From Trichosphaerium sp. ATCC 40318 (taxonomy: Eukaryota; Protista; Tubulinea), in assembly GCA_038496445.1 (NCBI GenBank), contig JALMLS010000480.1, positions 1 through 64,000 of the forward strand: 64,000 nucleotides of DNA. The letters run 5' to 3'. Positions within the stretch are counted from its first letter, which is position 1. Every line of letters begins with the position of its first letter. The notes below the pieces were generated by a model that saw only the letters and a list, made by a program, of their open reading frames with translations, did no database searches and was not told where the DNA came from. Below, in pieces: positions 37,720 to 53,160 of this stretch. The position numbers were made by a program, and so were the translations under genes.

Positions 37720-37855
37720 TGTACAGGCATTGGGTTATCAGGAGGTCCCTAGTAACGTTAGAAACATTAAAAAAAAGGCAAATCTAAAACACTTGTTTGC
37801 CAAAAAAAAAACAAAGACCCTACGTAAGGTACTGATACTGTTGCCTTTGTTTGCT

Positions 37856-38181
37856 CATTTGTCTCGAATAGCGTTAAACAAGTCTTCTTTAGCTACAAGC
37901 GAAGTTAAATGAAAGTTGTTTATGAAGAAGGTAACAACGACGTCGTACGTGTTTTAAAGATGGTGCAAGACGCTCCCGAAGCGTTTATTCGCGTTTTGTA
38001 CCATGCAATAGACTCTTCAAGCTCTGTGCGCTGTTTGGTAACTTCCAGCGCTCCAAACACACCATGTTGTTCGTTTAAGGACTTCAACCGCTCCTCTGTA
38101 ATTGTTAAAAGTTTAACGGACCACAAACGTTACCAAGTTGTAAGATTTCTAACTGAAATGAGACAGCAGTGGTGTTTATAG
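37856..38181 (-). CDS. Small spliced coiled-coil protein
   Basis: MADIVKAIN..LEILQL / EERLKSLNEQHG..ELEESIAWYKT exons. Confidence 0.35.
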
Positions 38182-38533
38182 CTTTAACAATGTCTGCCAT
38201 ATTTCGTGCTTTTCTGGGTTGCCAGTCATTTTGTAAACAACGAGTTTCATTAAGTAGTAAAATGCAAACTTAACTATCTTGCAAATATGTCGTATCAAAA
38301 TGATTGATAAAGCCTCTGTGGGCAGTTAAAAGCAAATGAGAGGTTTACAAAAACAGAACACACAACTTTTTATTTTGATAATAGTTTTTGAAAGCATCAC
38401 TGTGCGTTGTAAAAAAAAAATTACCTTTTCAACACGCTTCATTGCCAAATAATGCTTATTCCTCCTATAGTTAATGACTTTGCGTTATTTCCAAAATCAC
38501 TGAGAACAGATCACACTTTGCATTTTCAGCATA

Positions 38534-38652
38534 AGAGATGTTTAGATATCTACAATATCTAGATAATCTAGATAATTTCGCCAAAACTAGATAATTCACA
38601 AATATCTAGATACTGTAAAATATCTAGATATCTCAGATATCTAAACATCTCT
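38534..38652. mobile_element. Tiny MITE or foldback element
   Basis: Perfect 18-bp inverted ends AGAGATGTTTAGATATCT; internal ATCTAGATA repeats; ATA on both flanks. Confidence 0.7.
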
Positions 38653-38747
38653 ATAGTTTTCGGACATCACGCACGTGCGTTAAAAAAATACCCACCTCAA
38701 AAAAACCCTTGTTTACGCGCCAATAATACTAATGCTTGCTGTAGTTA

Positions 38748-41071
38748 ATGAGTTTGTATTATTTCTGTTCTGCCTTTTTGTTTTTTGCTCTTGCCGCACC
38801 TACCCACGGTAACACAAGTACGAATACTTGGTTAGTATATGACGAATACTAATTTTTTGCGTCTTAGTCGTAACTTCAAGTGACCACGTTTGTGGCACTG
38901 ATATGGGTTGCTACTTGAACGAAGGGCCAACCACGCTTATTCTCAATTCTACTGGATTAAATTTTACTGGCAGCATGTTTCAATTTCAACTTACCGAAAG
39001 TATAGACATTTATGGTATGTTGGTGCGTTGAAAGGTTCTGTAACAAATTATTTAGCGTTAAATAAAGGCACAGCTGTTTTGTGCTCACTTGAACAGGATA
39101 CGGTGAACGGGTCTCAAAACATTAGCATCTCATTATCAGGATTTACGTTTGATGGTTGTAAAATCAGCTTGAACACCTTCGCAAATGTAACTGTAGAGTA
39201 CATTCATTACAAGTCTAGTTTTATTGATCAGTTGAATTGTGTAGGAATATGGTAGTTACAGGCAATGAGAGTTTTATTCAAATATTTGACAGGTACATGT
39301 GATTTATTCAATTTTAATAAGAAAAATAGCCGAAATGTTGCTGTTCGCAATTCACTTTTCCATGAACTATACGATGAGGTAGGATTTGCCCAGCCTTTGG
39401 GATTATGGATTGAAACAGTCGAAACAGTTTCTGTGAATAATTGTCATTTTCAAAATAATTTTAGGGGAGGGTTTCTTATCAATAGAATGACAGGGAGAGG
39501 TAATATTTGATACCCTTATTTTGTTTGATTATAACTATTTAAGCATAGGAATTGTTGCTACATTCAGAACTGTTGATAGAGTAATTTGTGACTTTGCATA
39601 ACAGGCTAAATATTTACACATGCATTTACATAGGTTACAATCAACACTTGCTTGTTCAAGGACAATTACGTACTTGCAACCGTTCTTGGTATGCAGATCT
39701 TAGTCCTCATATTCTCATCTGTAAATAGCAAACTCTGATTACTATGTTTCAGTACTATACACAAATTCAATTGATGTACAGATATTGAACTCAACTTTTA
39801 TTGATAATACTGTGGAAGAAGAAGTACTGGTACACATGTTCTAGTCTATTATCATATTAATTACCGGTTATAGTTGGCTCTTTGGTGTTGGAGGGTCTAT
39901 CAAGCGGTGGATCAGCAGTGATAGATTTTTGTGTATTTGAGAACATTACGTGCGTGTAACGTTCTGCCTAAACTGATTAGTAAATACCTGATTCCTACTT
40001 CTAGAAAACAAGTACAAAATAATTCAACAACAACAACAACTATAAGATCCCCTGCATTGATTGGGTCTTCCATGGACATTACAATCAGGTACACTACTAA
40101 TATGTTATTTCCTACAATAAGAATACTAAATGTCGTGTTTAGAAATACAACAACAGTCGAAAACAGCCTCAATGATAGTATTGCACAAGCAATTGTATTG
40201 TACTAATTTATCAAGTAGATGCTGGAAGCGTTTTTGATTGTCCTTTTACACCAACAAATTTCACATGTGGCTACTCTGATATCACCTCATATTTTGCAGA
40301 TTGTCAAGCTAATGGTATAAATTATTTGTATTTGCTCGCTTACAGTGTTGAATAGTTACTTGTGAAGGCAAAACCTTCATTCCGACAATATCACCAACGA
40401 CAATATCACCTACAGCTACACCAACAGTTGGTAGTCTACCACCTGACATAGTGTTATCTAGTCCTTTGACAATAAATGGTGACTTTGTAAACTCAGAGAT
40501 AGCAACAATCGCTCCAGGAGGCTTTCTTCAAGTTGAAGGTATCACAAATTATTTAGCAAACGTTTATTGGATAATCTAATGTTTAGGATGTATTGTGATA
40601 CCATCTAATACAACGTTCATCATTGACTTCACAAGTGATAATAACACAACAAGTGTTGGTGAGACAAGAAGAGAAGTAATACGAAGTAACAGCAACTGTA
40701 TCAATGGTACTTTTACAGTTCTTTCACCAGAATGTGTATTGGCGAGAATTGAGCAGACTCTCTCATCGTATGCTTTTTATCTTTGCACTGATCTCTAACT
40801 TTTGCTAGCATAATTGTGATCACATCAAGATCTGATAGTTGTGATAACAGAGCATCAGTAAATGTTGGTTTGGTATTAGGTGTCACATTTGGCATCCTTG
40901 TGTTCGTATGTGAATACACTTCTTTTTCTTGTTTTCATTTATTTTTCGCAAACTAAATTTGTATGGTAGATTGCTGTAGGTCTGATTATTGCTTTCTTTG
41001 TACCTAAGTTGAGACAAGCCATTTTCCCTTATACTTTAACAACTAAGAAAGTAGAAGTATCATCTGTTTGA
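38748..41071 (+). CDS. Type I membrane protein with parallel beta-helix-like ectodomain, multi-exon
   Basis: Signal peptide, xxxNCxFxNN repeats, PTISPT stalk, TM GLVLGVTFGILVF..VGLIIAFFV, short tail. Confidence 0.65.
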
Positions 41072-41546
41072 ACCTAACAGTAAAATACTTATCATCAATT
41101 ATTGTCCGGCATTCAAGTTAACCTTAAAATGAATTTTTTTTTGCAAGTTTTTGTCAATTCTAGATTAAAGAATGGCAATCTTGTATCTTTGCCATTTAGT
41201 TACCATCATCAACAGGGGTTACTTTTTTCCTCTACCAAATCGTTCTTGTTGAAGACAATAGCAATTGGTACATGGCTTGCATCCTTTACAAGGATACAAA
41301 ATTGTTGTAGCCCATCAAAAGAAGCTTGTGATTGTTTAAACGTACTGCAATTGGGAATAACCAATAGAAATCTCGTACAACCATGTAATTCAGCAATAAA
41401 AGCTCTCCTTTGTACTCTGGAGGAGGAGGCATAGTATTTTTCTGCCCTAACAAGTCACCTGCTTAAAAATAAATATTTGTTCAACAACATTTTGGAGAGT
41501 AAATGGTAAATGGCCTGCAAGATTAGAATATTACCAACATGTAAAA

Positions 41547-41910
41547 CTACAGATAATTACTTAAAGTGTAGGTTGATCCTGTATTTATATTTGATTGATT
41601 CACATCTTTTACACTGATAGCCTGTACACCCTTCAATGACTTCAAACCTTTATCTGTTACTTTTGTATCGTGTAACACAATAATGTGTACACCAACCAAT
41701 GCTTCAATACCCTTATCTGATATATTTGCATTACTTATCATAATATCATATACACCAGCCAACACCTTCAACCTTTCATCTGTTGCAGCTTTATCAGATA
41801 TTGAAATAGTGTGTAAACCAATTGTTTCTTTAATTGCCCATTCTCATGCCAACTCTTGTACTCTCCTTCCTTTTACTTTTACATAGTTGCACTTTTCCCA
41901 TAGTTCTCCA
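41547..41910 (-). pseudogene. Chimeric MORN2-LRR gene fragment
   Basis: 41910-41822 encodes GELWEKCNYVK..EGEYKSWHENGQLKKQ (near copy of 58056-58141) and abuts GLHTISISDKAATDERLKVLAGVYDI LRRs out of frame. Confidence 0.75.
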
Positions 41911-42024
41911 CTACAAAGTAAACATATTCAAGAGTCATAAACTCTAAGTACTATGTGAAGGTTTATGACATACTTGGTATTGGTTCGACACCAAGAGAGG
42001 TAAAGGAGACAACACGTGAACAGT

Positions 42025-42737
42025 GAGATGAAAATTGTTGTCTCTTAGATTACCTGCCAACTGAAATTATGCTTGAAATGAATTTAGATTGAGGTTCAAA
42101 GACAGTGGCCAATGTTATCCAAACAAACAGTGATGAGATTACAACAACCATCATTGGCTCTGTGATTGACAGAAATATCTAATTGGAGAAAACAGAATGC
42201 GCACTGTGTTTGGAAAAACACCAGTACAAAATTCAAACCATGGTCCCCGTGTTGTTAGCGCTAACCAGCTGAGCTGTACTACCCTTTACTCTTCTGTTGT
42301 TCCCAACACCAAGTAGATCACTTACAACGTAGCTTATCAAATGCAGACAGTATTTATGTGAATGGTAGACTTCAAGGAGAGCTAGTACTGTTAACGGTCT
42401 GACTCAACTCAACTCGACTTTGTTTGAGAAAAACGGTCCTGAGTCGACTCAAAAAACAAATCACCTGATAGCATCTACATTGTATTTTTTTGGAGTTTCA
42501 CTGTCACAAGCATCCATGTGTGGCCACATATCTGATTTGGTGGAATACACCCTTTTAGCCATCAATCAGACACTATGTGTGATTGTAACAATATACAAGA
42601 AAAAGAACTTAAAACGTTTTTTTCAATTTAGATGTGTTTTTTTAAGTCTGACTCGACTTTTGTAAAATCAGTCCGACTTAAGACTGAGTCATTAACAGTA
42701 CTAAGCTTAGGATATGGTGTACAACAGGAGATTTAGA
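42025..42737 (+). pseudogene. F-box/MORN2 pseudogene interrupted by a MITE
   Basis: TGTTGTCTCTTAGATTACCTGCCAACTGAAATTATGCTTGA..AGTGGCCAATGTTATCCAAACAAACAG matches 57665-57763; 3' end matches 36509-36566. Confidence 0.75.
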
Positions 42738-45470
42738 GCAAAAACGGTTTTTGACATGACTTCAACATAAGAATGAGACACTTTTTTTATTGTTCTGGGT
42801 AATGATGGTTGTAATGGACTTTATTTATTGTATGTACAATGGAAACTTTGAAATAAAAGGATTATTGAATCCAACAATATCAGAAAGTAGAATGTTATCA
42901 CTTTCAGCAGCTGTCATCATCCTGGACTCTGGTTCTTCAACTTCTGCGTAGGGATTGTCCAAATATTCTTGTTTTGTCTGTTTGCTTATTGAAGGACCTG
43001 TAGTATCACCTGGAATATTTGATTGTTCTTCAAGAAGACTTGAGTATTGACTATTGTAGAAAGTAAGAAACTATCACGGCACAGGAGTTGCTGTAAATAA
43101 GTACCTTGCAGCTAATGATACAACACTAAATCCACTACCACTACTATTACCAGAGTCTTCTTCTGGTTCAAATTCATACTCTCTGTGAACATTTGTCTTT
43201 TTGATCTGTCTGTCACGTGGATGTCCACAGACTTGAACTGGAAATGAAACATTGACCCGCTTTACTGTTTAAACATAGAGCAAAATTAGCACTTGATCTC
43301 AATGTTTGTTATGATTTATCAATTACGTACACATGCTGAACTTTCCTTTGACCTTCACCTGATATGTACGTAATACTGTGGTTGTATCATGAAGTGATGG
43401 CCAGTAAAGATGATTTTGAATCTTGAAATTCATTGTGTACTTTTTCTTAAAAGTATCTCCTGGTTCTATTGTTATGTCTTCTTTGATATTGCACATTGTA
43501 AACCTTTTGATAATGTCAGTGTGACTAGGTATGGCTATATTGGTTGTTAGATACCTGTATGCTTTAGAGTCTTCATACGCTTGGAGAGTTCTCTTCATCT
43601 TGAGTTTAACATTGAGTATTTTAAGTGACTTTGCAGTAACGTTTTCTATTGTCTGTTTACAAAAAAAATAAGTGACTTGAACCCATCACACATGGTCTAG
43701 AAAAAATATTCTTCATTTGTTTTTAAGAAGTAATGAGTACCATTGTGAACTCTAGTACTTTAGGATCATCAATATAGATCACTGGATTCTTGTATTGAAC
43801 AGTAAATTTGACACCAGCTTCAGGATGAGCAAAGATTAGCTTGTCGGGAAAGTCAGCTTCATCCATTTGTTCTACCACATCAATACAAGCCGCTATCCAA
43901 ATATAATTAACATACGATTACCAGATATAAAAGAAGTAACAGTGTATGAGAGAAAAGTACAGAAGAATAAGACAATCGTACCACAAGATAATTCTGGATT
44001 TTTAGGTGCACTTTTCATGTGTTTCAACTTTCGCGGTTTGTCCCCATGGTATGCTCTTACTTGATAAACAATTCTACTATCAGAACCGCTTGTTTGCATG
44101 TATGATGAAGGAACACCGTTTGGTATTGGTATACAAAAAGGGTATGAGTGGTGACCAGGTGGGATACCCTTTTAAAAAAAATCGTGTTAAAATAGTGTTG
44201 ACACCAAAAAGACACACATCGTCAAAATTGCCTTCTAATTTGTATTCCTTTTCTAGAATTGTCCTCTCAGCACTGTATGACCAGCAACTGTCACTATCAC
44301 CTTCTGTCCATAAACAGTACTCCTACATAATTGTTTAGGGCTTAACTTTAGGTGGAGAATAAAGAGCTGAATATGAACTTACATAGCAGTGTAGTATAAT
44401 GCGAATACCCTTATTTGGTTGAACATGAACTGGTGTTGAAAAATAAACAACACCAGAAACGTTTTGTCCTGTATGGTATGTCTTGAGGGGAACACTCATT
44501 GACATTTCAGGTTGACACCTGATGGTAGTATTAGAATGTCAAGAAAAAGATGAAAAAAAAATGATTGAACTGAACAAATAAACATCTTTCTCTTTACCTT
44601 TTGGCACTTTTGATGACTTTAGGCATCATATATTCAGTACTCATTCTCATTCTGAACCGTATTTTCATGTTAGAGAATCCTTGATCGCTAAAATCAATCC
44701 AAATGTCTCTAAGGTACAGCTTAGCTAAACAAAAAAGCAAACAACAACAAATTTCTTTACCTGTCATCTCCTGGTTTAAACTTCATAAAGTCAGGGAATA
44801 GCTGAGCTACAATCTTTCGATATAGTTAGTTGATATTCACCGCTATTCTATACAAAGAGACACTCCAAAGAGTGACTTCAAATTCAAACGCAAACTTTTG
44901 TCGAAAAAAAAAAAAAGTCACGTGACTTTTTTTATGACAAAGGAGATCTTTTTGTTGTACTTTGGATGACATGAACTTTTTGGTCTTAATTTTTATCTCT
45001 AATGGTGATAAGGAGCCTTGATTTATCAATAAGATGAGCCGTTGAAAGTAAGGACGCTGTGAAGGGTTTATTGCTAAAAAACCGCAGTTAATAACTTGAA
45101 TTCGTATCAACAACGTTTAAAACGGGATAGAGATGGTTTTTGCCTTTTCTGGCGATTATTCAGATCAATATGTTTAAAACGTACCAGTTGTCTTCGCATT
45201 CTCTTTTTTATGGCTAATACTAACGAATACGTTGTTTTTTGAAGGAAATCCGATTGTTTCGCTTACTTCAATCCTTACAACATGTATGGCTTGTAGTTGT
45301 TTAATAAGATTGTATTCAGCAGAATAAGGAAGCATCATTGGAGGTTCCATCTTTGTAGAAAAGCACACTTTAATTTTTGACTTTCAACCCCAAAAACCCG
45401 AACCAAGTTCTCTGAAATCTGTCACAAGATTATGCTCGCTACAAGTGAAACCCATGATTCTAGGATAATC
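42350..45470 (-). repeat. Right arm of inverted segmental duplication
   Basis: Reverse complement of 33795-36570 plus the 321-bp MITE. Confidence 0.95.
42383..42703. mobile_element. MITE with 14-bp TIR and apparent 3-bp TSD (AGC)
   Basis: TAGTACTGTTAACG / CATTAACAGTACTA ends; GACTC-rich subterminal repeats; absent from the paralogous site near 36540. Confidence 0.85.
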
Positions 45471-45550
45471 TAACGTTTCTGTCTTGTTGGTATATTTGTA
45501 AGCTTCAGTTACTGGGGGTTGTGGTCCAGCCTGGCCTGCTACAAAGTATC
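42825..45550 (-). CDS. C2-like plus arrestin-domain protein, copy 2
   Basis: Inverted paralog of copy 1 with the same exon structure. Start approximate. Confidence 0.75.
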
Positions 45551-45903
45551 GAAAAAAAAAAGAAATGCCCACGTGGGCGCATCTTTGTCGGTTCAGTCAA
45601 GAAGCAATCTAATTATACAACAGTTACCCACAAGTACAGTAATTAGATTAGAACAAAGGTATAAAAGGTTGTCAGGTTAAGCACCAACCCTGACCTCAGG
45701 CCGTTGTTAAACCTTTTTTTCAAAGAAAAGTAACTTAAGATTGTCTACACAAAGTCAAATAGCACGTGATACAAATACGGCCACCCAAAAAAACAAGAAA
45801 TGATAAACGCAACAACCTCTGAAGGTGACCTACACCCCGATAAAAGGTAAACTTGTCTTTTTAAACAATATCGTTCTAAAATAGTACTTGTAGTACTAAA
45901 ACA

Positions 45904-46677
45904 ATGTTATTGGACATGCCTATTGAGATTCTAACAATTATTCTAACAAAAACAACAAAAGCTCGCTTTACAGCTTGCCAAACATGTCATAGCCTCTCTT
46001 CTATCATTCACGATGTTACTGGGTATGATAGTATAATGATATCAACAGATGAACAAGCAAAACAAGTTGGAAAACATAAAGGAATCATTAAACATACAAA
46101 GATCAAAGTGACGAGGTTTTCTGTGTCTGACAAGATTGCAGGAGTTCATACAACTGATCTTAGTATACAAGGAGTCACAATTAATGGAGTAAAAGCCCTT
46201 GCTGGTGTTCACACAATTAACCTATCTCGTACCTCAGTGACAGATGAAGCACTTCATTGTCTTGCTGGTGTGCATACAATTAGCCTTTATATTTGTAAGA
46301 ATATTACTGTCGAAGGAATCAAAGCACTCAAAGATGTACATAAGATTGATCTTTCTCATCCAAAAGACTCATGGCTAAAACATCTTTGTAATGTACACTC
46401 AATTAGCATTTGCCTCGGGAAAGAAGTAACAGATAATGGCATTATAGCATTGACTAATCTTAAATATCTTCATATGTTTTGTTGCTTTAACATAACAGAC
46501 ATAGGTATAAAGAAATTGGTGAACCTTGAAGAGCTTCATGTAGGTAAAAATGAAAAGATTACAAATGGTTGCTTGAAGCACTTAAAATCTCTAAAACGTG
46601 TTTCATTTTTTGATTCACAAATCACAAAAGAGGTTGTCGAGTCAATGGGTATCCAATGTGTTCACTATTACTATTAG
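45904..46677 (+). CDS. Intronless F-box/LRR protein
   Basis: MLLDMPIEILTIIL..ACQTC F-box; GVHTI LRRs grading into LxNLxxL LRRs. Confidence 0.88.
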   Translation: MLLDMPIEILTIILTKTTKARFTACQTCHSLSSIIHDVTGYDSIMISTDEQAKQVGKHKGIIKHTKIKVTRFSVSDKIAGVHTTDLSIQGVTINGVKALAGVHTINLSRTSVTDEALHCLAGVHTISLYICKNITVEGIKALKDVHKIDLSHPKDSWLKHLCNVHSISICLGKEVTDNGIIALTNLKYLHMFCCFNITDIGIKKLVNLEELHVGKNEKITNGCLKHLKSLKRVSFFDSQITKEVVESMGIQCVHYYY

Positions 46678-46969
46678 ATACATCAATTAGAACCATGTAC
46701 TCCCTTACTCTTACAAAGTCATCTTAACAACACTTGTGATTGAGACGAAGACTACAACATCTAGAACTCTAGTGCAGCATTTGTTGTTTATTATCAACAA
46801 CAAGGTTACTCTTTTGTCAGCGTTCCAACATTATCTTGTACTGAAACCATCTATTACTCTAATAAACTACTCTAGCCTACTTACAGAGATTGTCTTCAAA
46901 CATGGCTTGAGCACATCACTTAAGCCACAAGTCACTCACTAACCTTAATAGTGTTTTACATCAAGGTTT

Positions 46970-49100
46970 ATTGTACAATTAGCATTAGGCTCTTTTAATA
47001 TCTCTACAAATCACATGTTCCTCTATATTTAGCATCTCTGTTTGCTTGTGAGGTCTACATGCTTTGAATCCGTTTCGCTCTACATCGAATATGTAAGCTG
47101 ATCTATTCCCAAAGACAAAGCCTTGCCAGTTCGTTTTCTCTACTCTTTTGAAGTCCACGTGCTTTGACTTTTACCAGGAAGTACGTAACAGCAATGTTTA
47201 CGACTTGTTATTCTAATAACATATCTTGTAGTGGCTTAAAGATAATCTATAACACCAGATAAGCGAAATGAAGAGCAGTGTATTAAATTTTAAAAGAAGC
47301 AAAAAGTTGAGAAAGAAAAAAAAAAGTTGTTTATTATGTCATCGTACCTGTAAGTGTCCTTACTCAAATGTTTAAATAAAAGAAGATTTAATACATCCTT
47401 TTAGTAATCTAAAATAATTTGGGTAAGACATTGATGAAGAGCAAAAAAGTATTACGAGGAACAAATGGTTATCAGAAAAAAAGAAGAAAAATTACCTTTG
47501 CATTGAACGTGGCTGTAGTTGTTCTTTTTTACCGTTATTATCTGGTAAAGGATACACCTTATGCAGTATATCTTTCCAGTATGCAATAAGACCACCTCCA
47601 CCAATACTGATGAGTTGCTGTTGTGAAACTGACCACCTTAAAAAAAAAGTTTAGAAACTTCTCTCAACAGCTCTTCGAACAAAGGTAACGCATATGAGTG
47701 ATGCATTTCATATGTTTTTAGAATATACACTTACCAATCTAGCCGGTTTTGAATACATAACTTTACCTCTGCATCTTTTAAAAAAGTTGAAACATTTCGT
47801 TTTGACAACCAATGATTTCTTGGTAAATGTCCTTGAGTTGGTCTGAAAGTATAGTTTTATCACGTGATAAATAAAAAAAAAAATGCGCATACCTTGCTCT
47901 CATATTAAAGTTACTCTTACGCCATCTAAAACGTGGGTATATGCTAGAAAGCGCATAATACAAGCGATTGTTATGACTTTACAAAGTTAGGAGGTTACAA
48001 AAAAACTTTTTAAATCCGTACTGTGCGAGTATTCCTGAGCCACCGTGACGTGATACAACACGACCAGGTACATTATACCAATCTTGATGTGTCTTTAAAG
48101 ATAGTTTTTCAGCTATAGAATCGAATTTATCCTTTTGACGGTCTTTACCAACCCAATGAAACTTCTTTGCATGTCTAACAAAAAAATCAGAAGACACAAG
48201 TTATTTTCATAGTGTATACCTTCTATCCCAGTTATAGTGTGGATATACTCCACGCAATGTGTCAGTAATATCACAATTATACCTAACAGTCGGTGAGCGA
48301 TGTGAAGTATACACAAACGCTGAAGGATGTTCTTTTTGAAGTAGAGTTTGAAAAAAAATTCCTAAAAAAGGCAAAAAAAAAAGCAAGTTTTCTTGTATGC
48401 TACAGCAAACAGATGTCCATACTGTATCTTGCTATATTAATATTAAATTTATTGTTATGTTATAGTACTAAGACTATCAACACAAACTTTCTTGCACGAG
48501 TCGGTACTCCTGTGAATCCAAAAAGAAAGAAAAAAAGTTGTTGCCATGAAAAAAATACAATTTATCTTGCTTTTTACATACCTGTTTGTTATACCTGCGC
48601 CTCCTAAATCATGGAATTGTGTTCTAGAGATATTAGACCAATCCTTGACTACCTTTATAGCCAGTTTCTCTGCGGCTGCTTCGAAAAACTTTTTCTGGTT
48701 TGAAATGGACGTCCAGTAGCTTTGCGGTACTACTCTAAGCGTAAAATGAGCCGTAGTCGAAAACCGACAGTCAGAGGAGAATTATCCGCCGTTTAACGCT
48801 CTAGCAGTTTGTCGACTATTGTGATGACGTACTTGCCACGAAGCCTGCCGTTAACAGTTTGCTTTCTCCATTTGACTTTTAAAAACTCGTCGAACGTCTT
48901 AATACTTAGCGTATAGGCTAGAGTTTCTAATTGCTGCCGTTTTGAGTTCAATGCTTTACTTGTGTCTCTTTATCATACATTAATCGTGATTCCACCTTCA
49001 ACACGTACATTGGTGCTGGTTCAGTTGCAAACGCTGAATACAAGCGCTCTAGAGAATAAATGTCACAATTTACACCTACTGTTATTTATTACCTGCAGGT
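46970..49100 (-). CDS. Multi-exon tandem ~60-aa helical repeat protein
   Basis: Repeats YWxxxxNQKxFFxxxAEKLxIKxxxDWYxVxxxxxxxxGGxGLL (VPQSYWTSISNQKKFFEAAAEKL; FDSIAEKLSLKTHQDWYNVPGRVVSRHGGSGILAQY). Ends approximate. Confidence 0.6.
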
Positions 49101-49264
49101 TTCATCTCACGAGTATTACAACGCGTGGAAAAGCACTACATTCGCCATTACAACGGATATAACATTCTTCTGATTTCATTTGGGCGTTTTTCTTTCGTCG
49201 GAAAAATCAGGTTTTTAAGAACTTGGCAAGAACATAGCTCAGGCTTCATAATATTATTTACACC

Positions 49265-52424
<3,160 letters not shown>

Positions 52425-53160
52425 AAGAAAAGTTCACAAACCAAAAAAAACTGAACCGAAACACATTCGACTTTTTTTTTGAAACTCAAACCCTTAACGT
52501 TGCTTTTTACCCTTGACTTTTTTTTTTTGCTATGACAATTGTTTTATCATAGCTGTGTAAGGGTAATAGCGTACTATGTTATGAGTTTCATATTAAAAAA
52601 AAATCTGTACAAGCTGGCCTTTGTGACGCCTTCTGAGATTTTTTTTTGTACCTTGAAATAAATTAATTGAAAAAAAATAACACTGCTTCCTTCGATTCAG
52701 AACCTCTGTTAGTATTAAGCTGTATTGCTCCTACAGTCTCAATTTTGTGTATTTCATAGTGGAGCTATGTAGAACCTTAGTTGTGAAGAAGTATTAGTTT
52801 TCTTGACACGCTCGTACAAAGGTGTTTCCAAGAACTACGGTTTCATCACTGTAGCTCATATCACGTGGCAATTCTCAAATGTTGTTTATGTCACACGATT
52901 GGTTACCTTGGCTATCAATGTATTGTCTTCTCATCGCCAAGAAAAAGTCTTGAGTCACAGCTAGAAGACTTTCAGAAGCGCTGTATAACTTAGAGTTTGT
53001 GACTCATCGTAGTAAATGCAACATACTCGCATTGATTTTGATCTTTATTTACATAGCGTTGGGGAAAGTAACACGATAGTGAGGGTAGAAAAATACCACA
53101 TGATGCTCGTTAAACATACCATAACAATTGAAAAGTAAGAGTAATTTCTACCATGGCTCT

